DNA of 64,000 bases from Nemertoderma westbladi (Eukaryota; Animalia; Xenacoelomorpha): assembly GCA_032718475.1 (NCBI GenBank), contig JAUCBJ010008926.1:2167-66166 (forward strand), written 5' to 3'. Under the pieces are notes generated by a model, which was given only the letters and a program-made list of their open reading frames with translations, was not told the origin of the DNA and ran no database searches. Shown piece after piece: positions 32,487 to 44,445 of the stretch; the stretch's first letter is position 1, and each line of letters starts with the position of its first letter. A program made the position numbers and the translations under genes.

Positions 32487-34425
32487 TTGGAGAGATATGA
32501 GATATTAATTTCAAGAAAAATTACGCGATTCCTAAATTTGTACACTACCCGGTTAAAAAGTACGCATGTGATGGGATTAGTCCTACAATTGCGCCAATAA
32601 AAGATAAGTTATTTTCGGTAAAATAAACTTATCATTCGAGGTTAAGACCCCTAGATCCCTTCTTATAATAAAATTCAGTAAAACTGAACGGACACAGACG
32701 GTGACTAAGTTTGCGTCAGTCGACTATAGTCAAGATGCATTAATGAATTATCACATTCAAGCAGGAGATAACTTCCAATAAACTTTAATTAGATTTAAAT
32801 GTATAATTAATACTGTGTACCTGTTAATAAATTTCACTTATATTCGATATAGTACATGATTAAAATGTTTAAATGAGCATCCATAAAATCCTTTCTTCAC
32901 AAACCGAATGCTGATAAGTTGACATAATGTAACAAAATTAAATACATCATTGCTTGCAAAGGTCAAAATACCCTTGTTTATTTATATCAACCTCCCTCGC
33001 TGCGCTCGCTAGGTACATAAATAAAAACTCGTGTCATAACGCTGCAAAAGTGCTACTTTGCACACAATGATGTAAATAGTTATTGTTTACTTTAGATAAA
33101 GTGCAATTAACAAGTATTATTTTGAAAACGTAACATTCGTATATCATTAATTATTGCTCTACACAATATTCATATTCGGTGAAGTTGATACTAATAGTAA
33201 ACCAGTCAACTGCCAAGTGGAAGAAACTAGTTGAAAATTACTAATATTATTAATATTATTATATTATTAAAATTATAGAAATTTATAACCTGGGCTTGGC
33301 CTATTTATTAAGAATTCGTATTATTAAAATTCTTAATAGTTCAGAAATTTATTCGGAAATTAAATCGCAGCAAATTTTGCGGGAGACCATATTACTCTAT
33401 AACCATAAGTCTCGCTGTGAAGGACATGTTGTAAAAGTAATTATTTATTACTTGGAAAAAAAAGTAGAACCTTTTGTCACTATTATCGATATATTTCAAG
33501 GCTGGTTTACACGTGACAACTTTTGGAGCTACTTTCTCAGCCTCTTAGTGCGCACCTCAAGTTGCCGATCAAGTTTCTCCGTGCAAACACGAAGTTGCTG
33601 TAAAAAAAACTTGCCACGTTTTCTTTGCGAACAAGCTAAGTTGTTCAAAATTAAGTTTCTGAACAAGTTGCCCAAAACGTTGCCACGTGTGAACCGGCCT
33701 TGATAGATAGTATTTTAGTAACAAAGCATTTTAATAAACATTTAAAATTTGCCATAACTTTTGAGTATATTGATTGAATTTTACTCAAATCACGTGCCAA
33801 CCTTTTTTAATTCAATGCACTTGCAACACACAAAAATATTTCATATTTTATTATATTACTTTTTTCGCCCGGAAAAAAGTTAAATCAATGCAATCCTATG
33901 GGTTACTGATTTTCCTTATGGAAAAAAGTACCAATTTGAGGGTTCAGTATATTCGGGCGAAAAGTAACAATTTAAGAAAAAAACACATTGTTCAATACTA
34001 TCAACCATTAATTCCTATTTAATATAAAATACTGCACTATTTACACAACTGATAGTGTCATTAAATACAAAAATGTAGTTAAAAAAAATATCTGTTGTGC
34101 TTCAGATATTATTAAAACTGTATGTATATACTGTAAATTTCTAGTACATAATATGCGTTTAAACAAGGAAATTAAATATTTGTAAACGTTTCTTAGGGTT
34201 TTCCAAATGCCATAGATGGCGTTATAACTTTTGTTGGGCACAGCTTTGCCAAGTAGGCAATGACGTCCCGTCCAGGTGGGATCGTTCTGGTGACCTACGG
34301 TTTGGAAGTCTGACGCTCTAACCATTCAACTAGCAGTTCAGGTAAAATTAGACTTGGAAAACCACCTGATACCGTGTATGTACCCACGCAATTTACCTCC
34401 TCATGGCATCCCATCGGTCAATTGG

Positions 34426-35272
34426 CATGCCCATGCCGCCCATGCCCATACTCATTCCCATGCCGCCCATGCCCATACTCATTCCCATGCCGCCCATGCC
34501 CATACTCATTCCCATGCCGCCCATGCCCATACTCATTCCCATGCCGCCCATGCCCATACTCATTCCCATGCCGCCCATGCCCATACTCATTCCCATGTCG
34601 CCCATGCCCATACTCATTCCCATGCCGCCCATGCCCATACTCATTCCCATGCCGCCCATGCCCATACTCATTCCCATGCCGCCCATGCCCATACTCATTC
34701 CCATGCCGCCCATGCCCATACTCATGCCCATGCCGCCCATGCCCATACTCATGCCCATGCCGCCCATGCCCATACTCATGCCCATGCCGCCCATGCCCAT
34801 ACTCATTCCCATGCCGCCCATGCCCATACTCATTCCCATGCCGCCCATGCCCATACTCATGCCCATGCCGCCCATGCCCATACTCATGCCCATGCCGCCC
34901 ATGCCCATACTCATGCCCATGCCGCCCATGCCCATACTCATGCCCATGCCGCCCATGCCCATACTCATTCCCATGCCGCCCATGCCCATACTCATTCCCA
35001 TGCCGCCCATGCCCATACTCATTCCCATGCCGCCCATGCCCATACTCATTCCCATGCCGCCCATGCCCATACTCATTCCCATGCCGCCCATGCCCATACT
35101 CATTCCCATGCCGCCCATGCCCATACTCATTCCCATGCCGCCCATGCCCATACTCATTCCCATGCCGCCCATGCCCATACTCATTCCCATGCCGCCCATG
35201 CCCATACTCATTCCCATGCCGCCCATGCCCATACTCATTCCCATGCCGCCCATGCCCATACTCATTCCCATG
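34426..35272. repeat. 27-bp minisatellite (CATGCCGCCCATGCCCATACTCAT[T/G]CC), ~31 copies
   Basis: Direct reading; T/G variants occur in blocks. Confidence 0.97.
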
Positions 35273-35442
35273 TCAACGTATTCTTTGAATTTTATTGGGA
35301 GAACTAGATGGAATAACATTTTGATTAACCGCCAAAGACAATTATGTGGGATTTTGTTCCAGTTAAATATGCCCTCTTTAGCAGTGGATCCAATCACAGA
35401 TTAGATTCTGGCATTGGCCAATCGTATTGTATTATCAATATG

Positions 35443-35469
35443 ATATCTTAGCAACGGTTGCCAGGAAAT
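35443..35469 (+). promoter_or_regulatory. Candidate paired RFX X-boxes upstream of SAXO-like exon 1a
   Basis: ATATCTTAGCAAC and GTTGCCAGGAAAT side by side, with CCAAT motifs at ~35390 and ~35418; RFX control of ciliary genes is established. Confidence 0.5.
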
Positions 35470-35999
35470 AGTACACACCAATATCAGCTATTAACTGTCA
35501 GTTCTACCATAAATGATTGTTTCTCTTTTAATAATACTATTTTGGTATTGTTATGTTTAAGTATTTTTTCCGCTTGCTTAATGTACTACAATGCAGGAGG
35601 TGTGTTGTGTTCCAAGAGACGATTGATCCGTAAGAGGAATTTACTTTTATTAATGTTTTAACATTTATTAACTTTTATTTAAACTTATTATTAAACTAAT
35701 AAATTAAATTCAAAATTCATTATTAAACTTTTATTAATTTTAAATTATTAAATAGAATTTACTGTCTTAAAACAATATTCATGGGATGTTCAATTGGACG
35801 AGATTATTCTCCAATAATTGGAAATCTATGTAAAACCCCAATTAAATAATAACCCGCACTATATTGTGAACCCTACATGAACCATAAAGTAAACCACTGA
35901 CATTGGTGGAATGCTAGAATCGGCCTGCTACAGTACATTGAAACTGCATATTTAGATGCTACGCCAGCTTAACAAAAAAATTTGTCACCACTATGCAAT

Positions 36000-36250
36000 C
36001 CAGAATCCCAATGCAGCGTGCATTAAGAATGCTATGAGGGCTTATCAACAAAGTTTCAACGCCACAATTCTCTATCCCCCATGGCTTTCGCGAAATTATC
36101 CACATTTCAAGGCCAGCACCCTTAGGAGGCATCTCACGAAAGTTGTGGGCTGTTTACCATGGTTATTTTCTCCACGGGCTGCCAAATCACAATATGTGCA
36201 CAGGCTGGTCCTCTCGGCGAAAACAATGTCCTGCAAAGCGGAGGCGGCGA
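36000..36250 (-). mobile_element. Short 3' remnant of the RTE-like LINE
   Basis: GGCGAAAACAATGTCCTGCAAAGCGGAGGCG matches 23970-23999. Confidence 0.75.
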
Positions 36251-36538
36251 CCATCCATAACTGCCATACTACTCCATAACATGAACCAGTTGGCTCTCGG
36301 GGTGGGCACCAAACCCTGGTTTACCAGTCCAATACTTTCAACTACAGTATAGTGTGTACATCATAGTATAGTGTAATATATTAATGTTTGGTATATTTAT
36401 ATTAGTGCCTACTGTACCTAAGTTTGTACGAAACTAATCATAATTATTATAATAGTAGGCCTAATTAAACAATAATTATATCATACTGTAGTAGCATAAT
36501 ATACAAATCACGCTGAATATTAAATCCTTTCAACAATC

Positions 36539-36579
36539 ATGGTTGTCAAACGCTGCATCTGCGAAATATGTAACTGCGG
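36539..36579 (+). CDS. SAXO: SAXO/FAM154-like gene, first coding exon 1a (MVVKRCICEICNCG)
   Basis: ATG...TGC GG|GTAAGT; phase-2 donor fits exon 2 (A CGC CAC CGC TGC) to give the CICEIC.CGRHRCP signature. Confidence 0.85.
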
Positions 36580-37263
36580 GTAAGTTGATGTAAATATAAA
36601 AAATTTTTAATTTAACTACCGGTATTAAAATTATTTGGAATTTAAGGAGGGGGGGGGGGGGGGGGGGGGGGGGGGTACACCATTTTGGTCCAAAATGTGT
36701 AGAGATTATTTTTATGATCTATTATAATGAACGATTAAATGGAGTTTCCAAATCTGAAAACCGCTATTTAATAGCTCTTTTAGTTTATAACAGTTATGTA
36801 AATTTCCATTTAGGGATTCCTATTGAAATTACTATTACTATGTGTAATTAAAGGTCGATTATCTACAAATATTTTTTTATGAAATTGTCAACTTCAAAAC
36901 CCTACTGCTACTACTTCTACAATTTTTGAGCTGAAAAGTAGTCTGAAAATTTCTGTGGTGTCTACATAGCCACCCTGCATAAAATGTAATAATAAAAAAA
37001 ATGTAATACTATTTATAACAAACCTAAAAAATTAGCATCAATTTGCAGTGCCACCTAGCGGTGCAGAATTATTTTTTCAAAATTTCGCCTGATAGTTATG
37101 TTGCCCCATCTTAGATCTATCATATAAAAAACTTTCATGTGATTAGATTCAGAACTGTAAAAGCCTTGGCGGCTTTAAGCGCAACCAAGTTTTTTTTATT
37201 GTTAACTAGTATTAACTAATATTAAATTTATTTATTAATTAAATTAATTAAATTAATTGATAT

Positions 37264-37337
37264 GGCCCCAATAGCTCAGTTGGCAGAGCGTGGGACTTGG
37301 AATCTCTAGGTACCGAATTCAATCCCCTATTCCGGTG
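37264..37337 (+). pseudogene. tRNA-derived pseudogene/SINE head
   Basis: TAGCTCAGTTGGCAGAGCG A-box/D-arm, degenerate B box (GAATTCAATCCC), followed by a T run; stems do not close into a functional tRNA. Confidence 0.6.
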
Positions 37338-38410
37338 AATGTTTTTTTATTGGTAGTAAGCCTTTCAAGGAGACATTTCATGCGTTAGTAGACGCGGACC
37401 TTTGCGCGATTTCGCGCTTGTTATAATTTAAATGCATCGATACTTTACAGTGGCATATTACACGAACGAACGTAATGAGTGAGTGTAGATAAGTTACGTG
37501 AATCAGCCCACTGTAAAGTTCTTTAGAATACCCTTGTTTGTAGATTTATTCCATAACTGTAACATAATAACTGGTATGCCAAAGTACGTTAGCTGTTATA
37601 AGGTTTACCTGGAATATTTTTCGGAATATTTATTAATAGTATCAGCCTTTGTTGCAGTAACCTCGACGATTTCAAGTTTCAGGTTCAGTTCCATTGTAAA
37701 GAAATGAAACTGACCTGGAGTTGTAAATTCTACTTTACTTCGCTATTTAATCTGTATATGTAATGTTGTCATCTTTATTAGTTACAATATGTTTCATAAC
37801 TCACTAGAACTCGCTAATGATGGCGTCAAGTAATATTTAAAAATCGTGGTAATAACTATTTACATACTCATTTACCCCACCCCAACAGACATTTACATAC
37901 TTGTGTGTAAAGTAGCACTTTACAGTGTGAGAACGTAGTGAGTGAGTGAAAATAAAGCCACGAGGATCAGAACACTGTAAAGTACTTTGCAACAAGTATG
38001 TATGTAGTTTTATTCCAAATTTTAACATTACGAAATGATTTTACATATACATTATATATTATTTATGGTGACGTTTGGAGCCATGTTATAATAATATAGC
38101 TAGGCCCTACTGGTTATTGTTATTAATAGCTATACCCTGCCTACCGGTAGGTAATGCAGTAGGCCTATCTGGCTGTCAGGCAAATTTCCACCTACATTGT
38201 TTACGTGGTATCCAATGACGGCGTTAAGTAATGTTCCCATATTGGACATTACTTAACGCCGCCATGGGTTACCACGTAAACAATAACACCAAATACAATA
38301 CTAAATGTACAGGCCAATACAATGCTGTAATGTCCTCTAAAGTTGTAAAATGCTAAAAACAACTCGCTGTTAGTTAATACTAACGGCGTTGAGTAATGTT
38401 ACTATTTTGG

Positions 38411-39160
38411 AATAATAACTATTTACATCATTGTTTGTAAAGTAGCACTTTGTAGCACTTTGCAGTTATGACCGAGTTTATTTATGTACCGAGCGAGCGC
38501 AGCGAGGGTGGTTTACATCAATAAACAAGGGTCTTTAACGCTAAAAGGTGACCTTTGCAAGCAATGATGGATGTAATTTTGTTACATTATCTAAACTTAT
38601 CAGCGTTCGGTATGTGAAGAAAGGATTTTATGGATACTCATTTATACATTTTAATCATGTACTATATCGAATATAAGTGAAATTTATTAACAGGTACAAA
38701 GTATTAATTATACATTTATATCTAATTAAAGTTTATTGGAAGTTATCTCCTATATGGATGTGATAATCATTAATCCATCTTGACTATAGTCGACTGAAGC
38801 AAACGTAGTCACCGTCTGTGTCCGTACAGTTTTACTGAACACTGTCGTCACTTTCTTTGGTCATTTTCTCTAAGTGTCTTCTATTGGACGTTTCGCCACA
38901 ATGGATTACAGTACACGTTAAACAATTATTTACATACATTAGCTAGTCCCGTCACTGCAAACTGGATAATAAAGCAGCACTCATTAACATAAATGGAAAT
39001 AATACATTCTGGAATACGGTAATTGAAGTTGTTTCCATGTCATTGATTACTTTGCAGCGTTCCGTCCTATAGGCCGCAACGCTGCAAAGTAGTACAGTAC
39101 TTTGCAGCGTTATGAGTAATTCACCAGAACGCTGTTAAGTTGACATAATGTAACAAAATA
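38411..39160. mobile_element. Uninterrupted copy of the ~750-bp host repeat (carries the empty insertion sites)
   Basis: Reverse complement of the joined segments at 28250-33083; contains a single GT(A)CAGTTTTACTGAA site at ~38824-38839. Confidence 0.85.
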
Positions 39161-39281
39161 TATATTTATTATATTGTATATGAATTATCCAATAATTCAT
39201 ATAATGAATGTAAAAATAACAATTCAAATAATATTGCAGCCATTAGCTTAATTTATAATGTAAATGAATTTTCACAACGGT

Positions 39282-39294
39282 GTTGCTAGGCGAC
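39282..39294. promoter_or_regulatory. Candidate RFX X-box upstream of SAXO-like exon 1b
   Basis: GTTGCTAGGCGAC (reverse GTCGCCTAGCAAC) fits the X-box consensus, ~930 bp before the exon 1b ATG. Confidence 0.5.
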
Positions 39295-40221
39295 TACAGT
39301 AATTAAACATTTTATCGATCTGTGTTTTTGTTCATAGCTAATTTGTATTTTAATTTCTAGCGCTGGCAGCTTTTACTTAACTACAAACCCTGTATGCGAT
39401 AATAGTCGAGGCGTACTTATTTACCATTAATTAATTTTGCATACTAATTTTTATCACAATATCGTGTTCTTAAATCAAGACGTTTATCGTTGGATTCAAT
39501 TAAAATTTATTGAGCATTTTAAATTAGTTTTTGAAATTTTGGAACGATTTTTAAAACATACAAAAATAAATTGTGTATTTAAAAATTAATTTGTTGAGTT
39601 ATGACTGCAGTATATCATAATATTTGTACCGTTAACCCAGACACGGTAGCTAAAAGAACAGTGGAAAAAATGTCTTGAGGTACAATAATTATTTGAAACT
39701 ATCATGTCAAGAAATATTTAGCTAAGTTAGCAGCAATAGGCTGATGAATATGCTGGTACATAGCATTACTGTGACCCTGGGGGATGAGCTTATTAAACTG
39801 TCAGAATGCGAGAGAGCCTGGGACTGGTTTTAATAATAATCATACCCTAGTGCAGTGCCATATGCTGACAGTCTCATGTCACTCCAAGTAAGCTAAGTGG
39901 GAGTGTAAGCAAGCTACCTAAGCTATATTGCAATATTATTATTATTATTAAACAGAAAATGTAATCAAACTGCTTGAATTACATATTATTGTATTATGCA
40001 TACAGTAAAACCAAATTGTAGGCCTACATGGACTACACACTGTACTAATAGGGTGGTCTAACCGTTAGACTAGGGTACATAGCGTATATTGACTATTTGA
40101 TTAATTTTTTTAATAATAACATAATAATTTTTAATAGTTTAATAACACGAAGCAAAACTAAAATTATTGTTCGTAAAAAGTCCGGCGTTATTCCAAATTT
40201 AATCTAAAATAATTGGCAATT

Positions 40222-40262
40222 ATGGTAATCCGACGTTGTATTTGTGAAATTTGTACATGCGG
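40222..40262 (+). CDS. SAXO: SAXO/FAM154-like gene, alternative first coding exon 1b (MVIRRCICEICTCG)
   Basis: ATG...TGC GG|GTAAGT; same length and phase as exon 1a. Confidence 0.85.
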
Positions 40263-41587
40263 GTAAGTGATATTAATAGCGATAAAATCATAGAATTATC
40301 TATGTATTATTTCATATAAAATTTAATATTATCTGATTTAGTTGTTATGAGTATAGTGTATATTATTGTGATTTGTTTTTATGATTATTTGTTTTTATTT
40401 GTTTTTGTGTTTTGATATTGTTATAAAATCAATCAATAAATTCTGTCCATAACTATCCAATTTGGTACACTCCACTTTGTTACATTTTATCTGAATATAC
40501 TTTTTAAAAAGCAAATTTTTGAATTCTTTTTGGAAATATACTTGAACTTGTTAGAGTTTATCTATTTCAATTAAAATGATATTCTATAGATTAATTATTT
40601 TTTGTAAATATGGGAGCCAATATGTATTATATTATATTATCACGTGTTATTAATTATCTTACCGACTTTACGAGTAAATTCTGTGCGGTTGGACAGCTTG
40701 CGGTGCTAAATTATTTATAATAGTGTGTTGTCAATAAATATCTATCTATATTCTATCTATTGAGTTCGGGTTTGGGTTACGGTTAGGATTAGGGTTAGGT
40801 TTGCTAATATAAAAAAATAAATTGAAAAATATGTGAAAAATAGTTTAATTTAATTTAGCTAACATAATATGAACTACAGTAAACCAGTTTCAAAAATAAT
40901 TATACTGAATATTACGTGTATATATAACGTAGAACATTTTTTATATTCTCGAGGCATTTTATTTACCGAGCGCCAGCGCGGGTAATAAACAGGTCGATCG
41001 GGAAATAACAAAACGAGGGCCCTAAAAGCTTTAAAGTGCTTTATGAACAATGGCGAATCTAATATTATTTATTTGTGTGGAAGAATTTGTCATTATCCAT
41101 ATATTATTTAAATATTCTAGAACATCCTTTTAACTTGAAAGCACGACTGACATTTTAATTATAAATACTTTCTTATCATGCGAAGTTAGCGTAGTGGGTA
41201 ACACGTTTGGTTATGAATATAATGGTCTTAGGTTCGATTCTTAGTAAATCAATTTTTGTAAGTTTTAGAATTGTAAAATATTTATAGTGTGTAGGCCTAT
41301 TGCCTATTCAGATGAAGTCATGTGATTATATTTAGAATGACGCGGTGACATACTGGAAATATATAGTAAATGAATGGCGTAGGAGAGGGGGATACTGATA
41401 AATATCTCGCACTGCGATATAAAGTCGATTATACTAATGGGGATTCGTTAGTGCGAAGTTAATTCCAAACAAATAAATAAAAATGTTCTACATCACCTTT
41501 TTTTCCCTAGTAATACGTAATTTTGTTCTTAAATTGGTACATTTTTGTTGCTCAATTATTTAATAAAGGATAGAACGATATAGTGTT

Positions 41588-42562
41588 AGACGAGGTGAGG
41601 CAATCGCGCGGCACGTGACATAAAGCGTCTTATGTTAAGTGTCAACTCGAATGAATTATAAGCTATAGCTAAGCATATATACCAATAAGCTAAGCATATA
41701 TCCCCCAATCACTTTACCACCAAGAGGCAGACAAAAATACGAAAGAGCTTCGAACGTTTTCAATTCAGATATTTTTAAAATGATTTCTTTTCAGCTCACT
41801 GGCGGTACAGCCTGGAGAACTGAAGAGGGATTACTGTCCCAACAAAAACGAAGCCTGTGTCTACAGTCTAACATGTAGGACTAGGCCTACATCTCCCAAG
41901 TTTCAACTTGAACGGATAACAAAATTACGAAATAAGATAAGGTTTTCACTTTGAGATATTTCAACCTCTAGCAGCAAACTTTAGAAGTCTAGATGGAGTG
42001 CCGACCCATAAAGAAGCAGCCATTTTTCTAGTATATGCCAAGATTCAGCTTAAGCGAATTAATATCAAGAGGAGAAGGTTATCACTTTCGTACACTTCGA
42101 CCTCTATCGTCAGACTGGAGATAAGGTAATCGGCAGACCGATTACCGACCGCACAAAGAAGATGTGTTCTAGTACATATCTGACCAGTTTCAGCTTGAAC
42201 GGATCATAAATAACGGAATGGGTAAAGGCTTTCACTTTGAGACTTTTCGCCCAATAGCGGCAGACTAGAGAACTGCAGACGAATGACCCTCCTTTGAATG
42301 GCACAGTAAATGAAATAGAACAATTCTGCCAAATTTCAGCTTGAACGGATTAAAAGCAAATAAATGGAAGGACATTTAGCGTTTTGACATGTAGGCCTAG
42401 CCCTCTGCGGGAGACTGTTACACTGATGGTGTCTGAAAGTCTCTAAAAATCTCTACCTGTTCAACTTATTGATGCCTACAAATTTTCAAACGACAACGAC
42501 AACAAAAATTAACCCACCCCCCTATCAGTGTCAACTCCGCCAACTTCGTCGCTCACCCCACA
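41588..42562 (+). mobile_element. Older diverged relative of the HINE-like element
   Basis: Ends CCGCCAACTTCGTCGCTCACCCCACA; shares internal subrepeats (AGTTTCAGCTTGAACGGAT, TAGCGGCAGACT). Confidence 0.75.
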
Positions 42563-43094
42563 AAATAAGTTGACTATATTGCTTCCATAGTTACTGCTAT
42601 TCAAATTATTGTACTCTTCAACTCTCGATGTTGCCTTACTCAATGTTAAAATAGTTTTGTGTTCTCGAATATTTATTACGTAACTAAAGAGCCGCTTAAC
42701 TACCGACATAACACAATATTGGATATTGAGTTCCGTGCAATAACTTTTGAATGTTTGAATGGATTTTGCTCAAATTACTTGAATCTACTCCGATGCTCTT
42801 TCAAAAACATGTAATAAAATTTAGGAAATTCCACCAAAAATATTTTATTTTATTTTACTTTTTTCGCCGAAAAAAAAAGTAAATTGTATGCAATCCTATA
42901 GGTTACTTTTTCCCTAGGGAAAAATGTACTTCTTTCTTCCGATTTTGGGTCGATATTCGGTCGAAAAAGTACAATTATTTAAGAATAAAATTCCTAAAAC
43001 ATTTCCTAAAAAGTAGCAAAAACTACCGGGTAGCAATAAAAACTGCCAAGTGGAGTTCACCACATTCCCTCAAATTCCATTAAAGAATTTTGCT

Positions 43095-43173
43095 TGTGGG
43101 GCGAGCCACGAAGTTGGCGGAGCCTTAGCGAATTGACACTGTTAGGGGGTGGGTCAATTTATGCAAATAGTTG

Positions 43174-43205
<32 letters not shown>

Positions 43206-44389
43206 GTCGTCGTCGTTACGATTTTGACATGCTAATAACTTTGTCGGATTTAAAGCTGCCAAGTTGAAAATTTGTAGGTATCAATATGAGCAAAAGTTGA
43301 GATTTTTGAGAGACTTTCAGACACCATCAGTGCAATGGTCTCCCGCTAGAGGGCCACATGTCTAAACATTAAATGCCCTCCCATTTCTTTGCTTTTAATC
43401 CGTTTAAGCTGAAACTTGGCAGATATGTATTAGACCATTAGCTGTGACTTTCAAAGGAGGCGAATCCATCTGCAGTTCTCCAGTCTGCCGCTAGAGGGCC
43501 AAAGGTCTGAAAGTGAAATCGTTGTCGTCGTTACGATTTTGACATGCTAATAACTTTGTCGGATTTAAAGCTGCCAAGTTGAAAATTTGTAGGTATCAAT
43601 ATGAGCTAAAGTTGAGATTTTTGAGAGACTTTCAGACACCATCAGTGCAATGGTCTCCCGCTAGAGGGCCACATGTCTAAACATTAAATGCCCTCCCATT
43701 TCTTTGCTTTTAATCCGTTTAAGCTGAAACTTGGCAGATATGTATTAGACCATTAGCTGTGACTTTCAAAGGAGGCGAATCCATCTGCAGTTCTCCAGTC
43801 TGCCGCTAGAGGGCCAAATGTCTGAAAGTGAAATCGTTGTCGTCGTTACGATTTTGACATGCTTATAACTTTGTCGAATTTAAAGCTGCCAAGTTGAAAA
43901 TTTGTTTTGTTGAAAATCAGTTCAACAGTCACCCGCTATAGGACTACTTTATGCCTGAAAGTGAATAGATTCTCCCGTCTCATTGATTTTAATCAGTTTA
44001 AGCTGAATCTTGCCATATATTCTGGACCACATGCTGCGTCTTTGTGGGGGGGGGGGGGGGGGGGGGGAGATTTAATCGGTCTGCCGCTATACGACGAAAT
44101 TTCTGAAAGTGAGATCCGTCTCTCATTTCGTTATCCGTTATTCAAGATGAAACTTGGCCGATGTACGTATGTACTATTCATCCATAGGCTGTGTCTTTGT
44201 GGGGCTGGAGACCCTAATCCATCTTCCGTTCTCACTATACCGCTAGAGTCAGAAATGTCTGAATAGAAATGAAAGAGGTAAAAAGTGATTAGGCGAAATC
44301 TGCTTAAAATTTGCTAATACAGTAATACTTTCGAATTAGTACTTAAATTAAATTTAAGTCACGTGCTGCGCGAAGGCCCCACTTCGTGT
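43095..44389 (-). mobile_element. HINE-like element, copy C (two 315-bp units), in SAXO intron 1
   Basis: Near-identical reverse complement of copy A. Confidence 0.8.
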
Positions 44390-44445
44390 TTAACTATATT
44401 TTATTATTAATACTATTTAATGACGTGACATTTGTTGCCTTCTAG

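Larger units (their letters stand above)
30855..32673 (+). mobile_element. Retrozyme-like multimer: 4.4 x 412-bp units with a 16-bp TSD
   Basis: Exact 412-bp period; TTCAGTAAAACTGAAC at 30839-30854 and 32674-32689; every full unit has A box, B box and hammerhead. Confidence 0.92.
28250..33083. mobile_element. ~750-bp host repeat split by three later insertions
   Basis: Segments 28250-28407, 29685-29815, 30809-30854 and 32674-33083 join into the reverse complement of 38411-39160. Confidence 0.85.

Noticed and set aside
31085-32545. Four identical 74-aa minus-strand ORFs
   Set aside because: Antisense to the tRNA/hammerhead module, GTG start, no protein motif; the constraint is explained by + strand RNA structure.
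34354-35404. His-rich, Cys/Pro-rich or Met/Gly-rich 300-aa proteins
   Set aside because: All are translations of one stop-free 27-bp minisatellite; nothing favours one frame.
40762-40802. Telomere-like (TTAGGG) stretch
   Set aside because: Only ~6 degenerate units; such tracts are common inside invertebrate repeats.
41180-41250. tRNA-like A/B box sequence
   Set aside because: Too degenerate to fold; at most an old SINE remnant.
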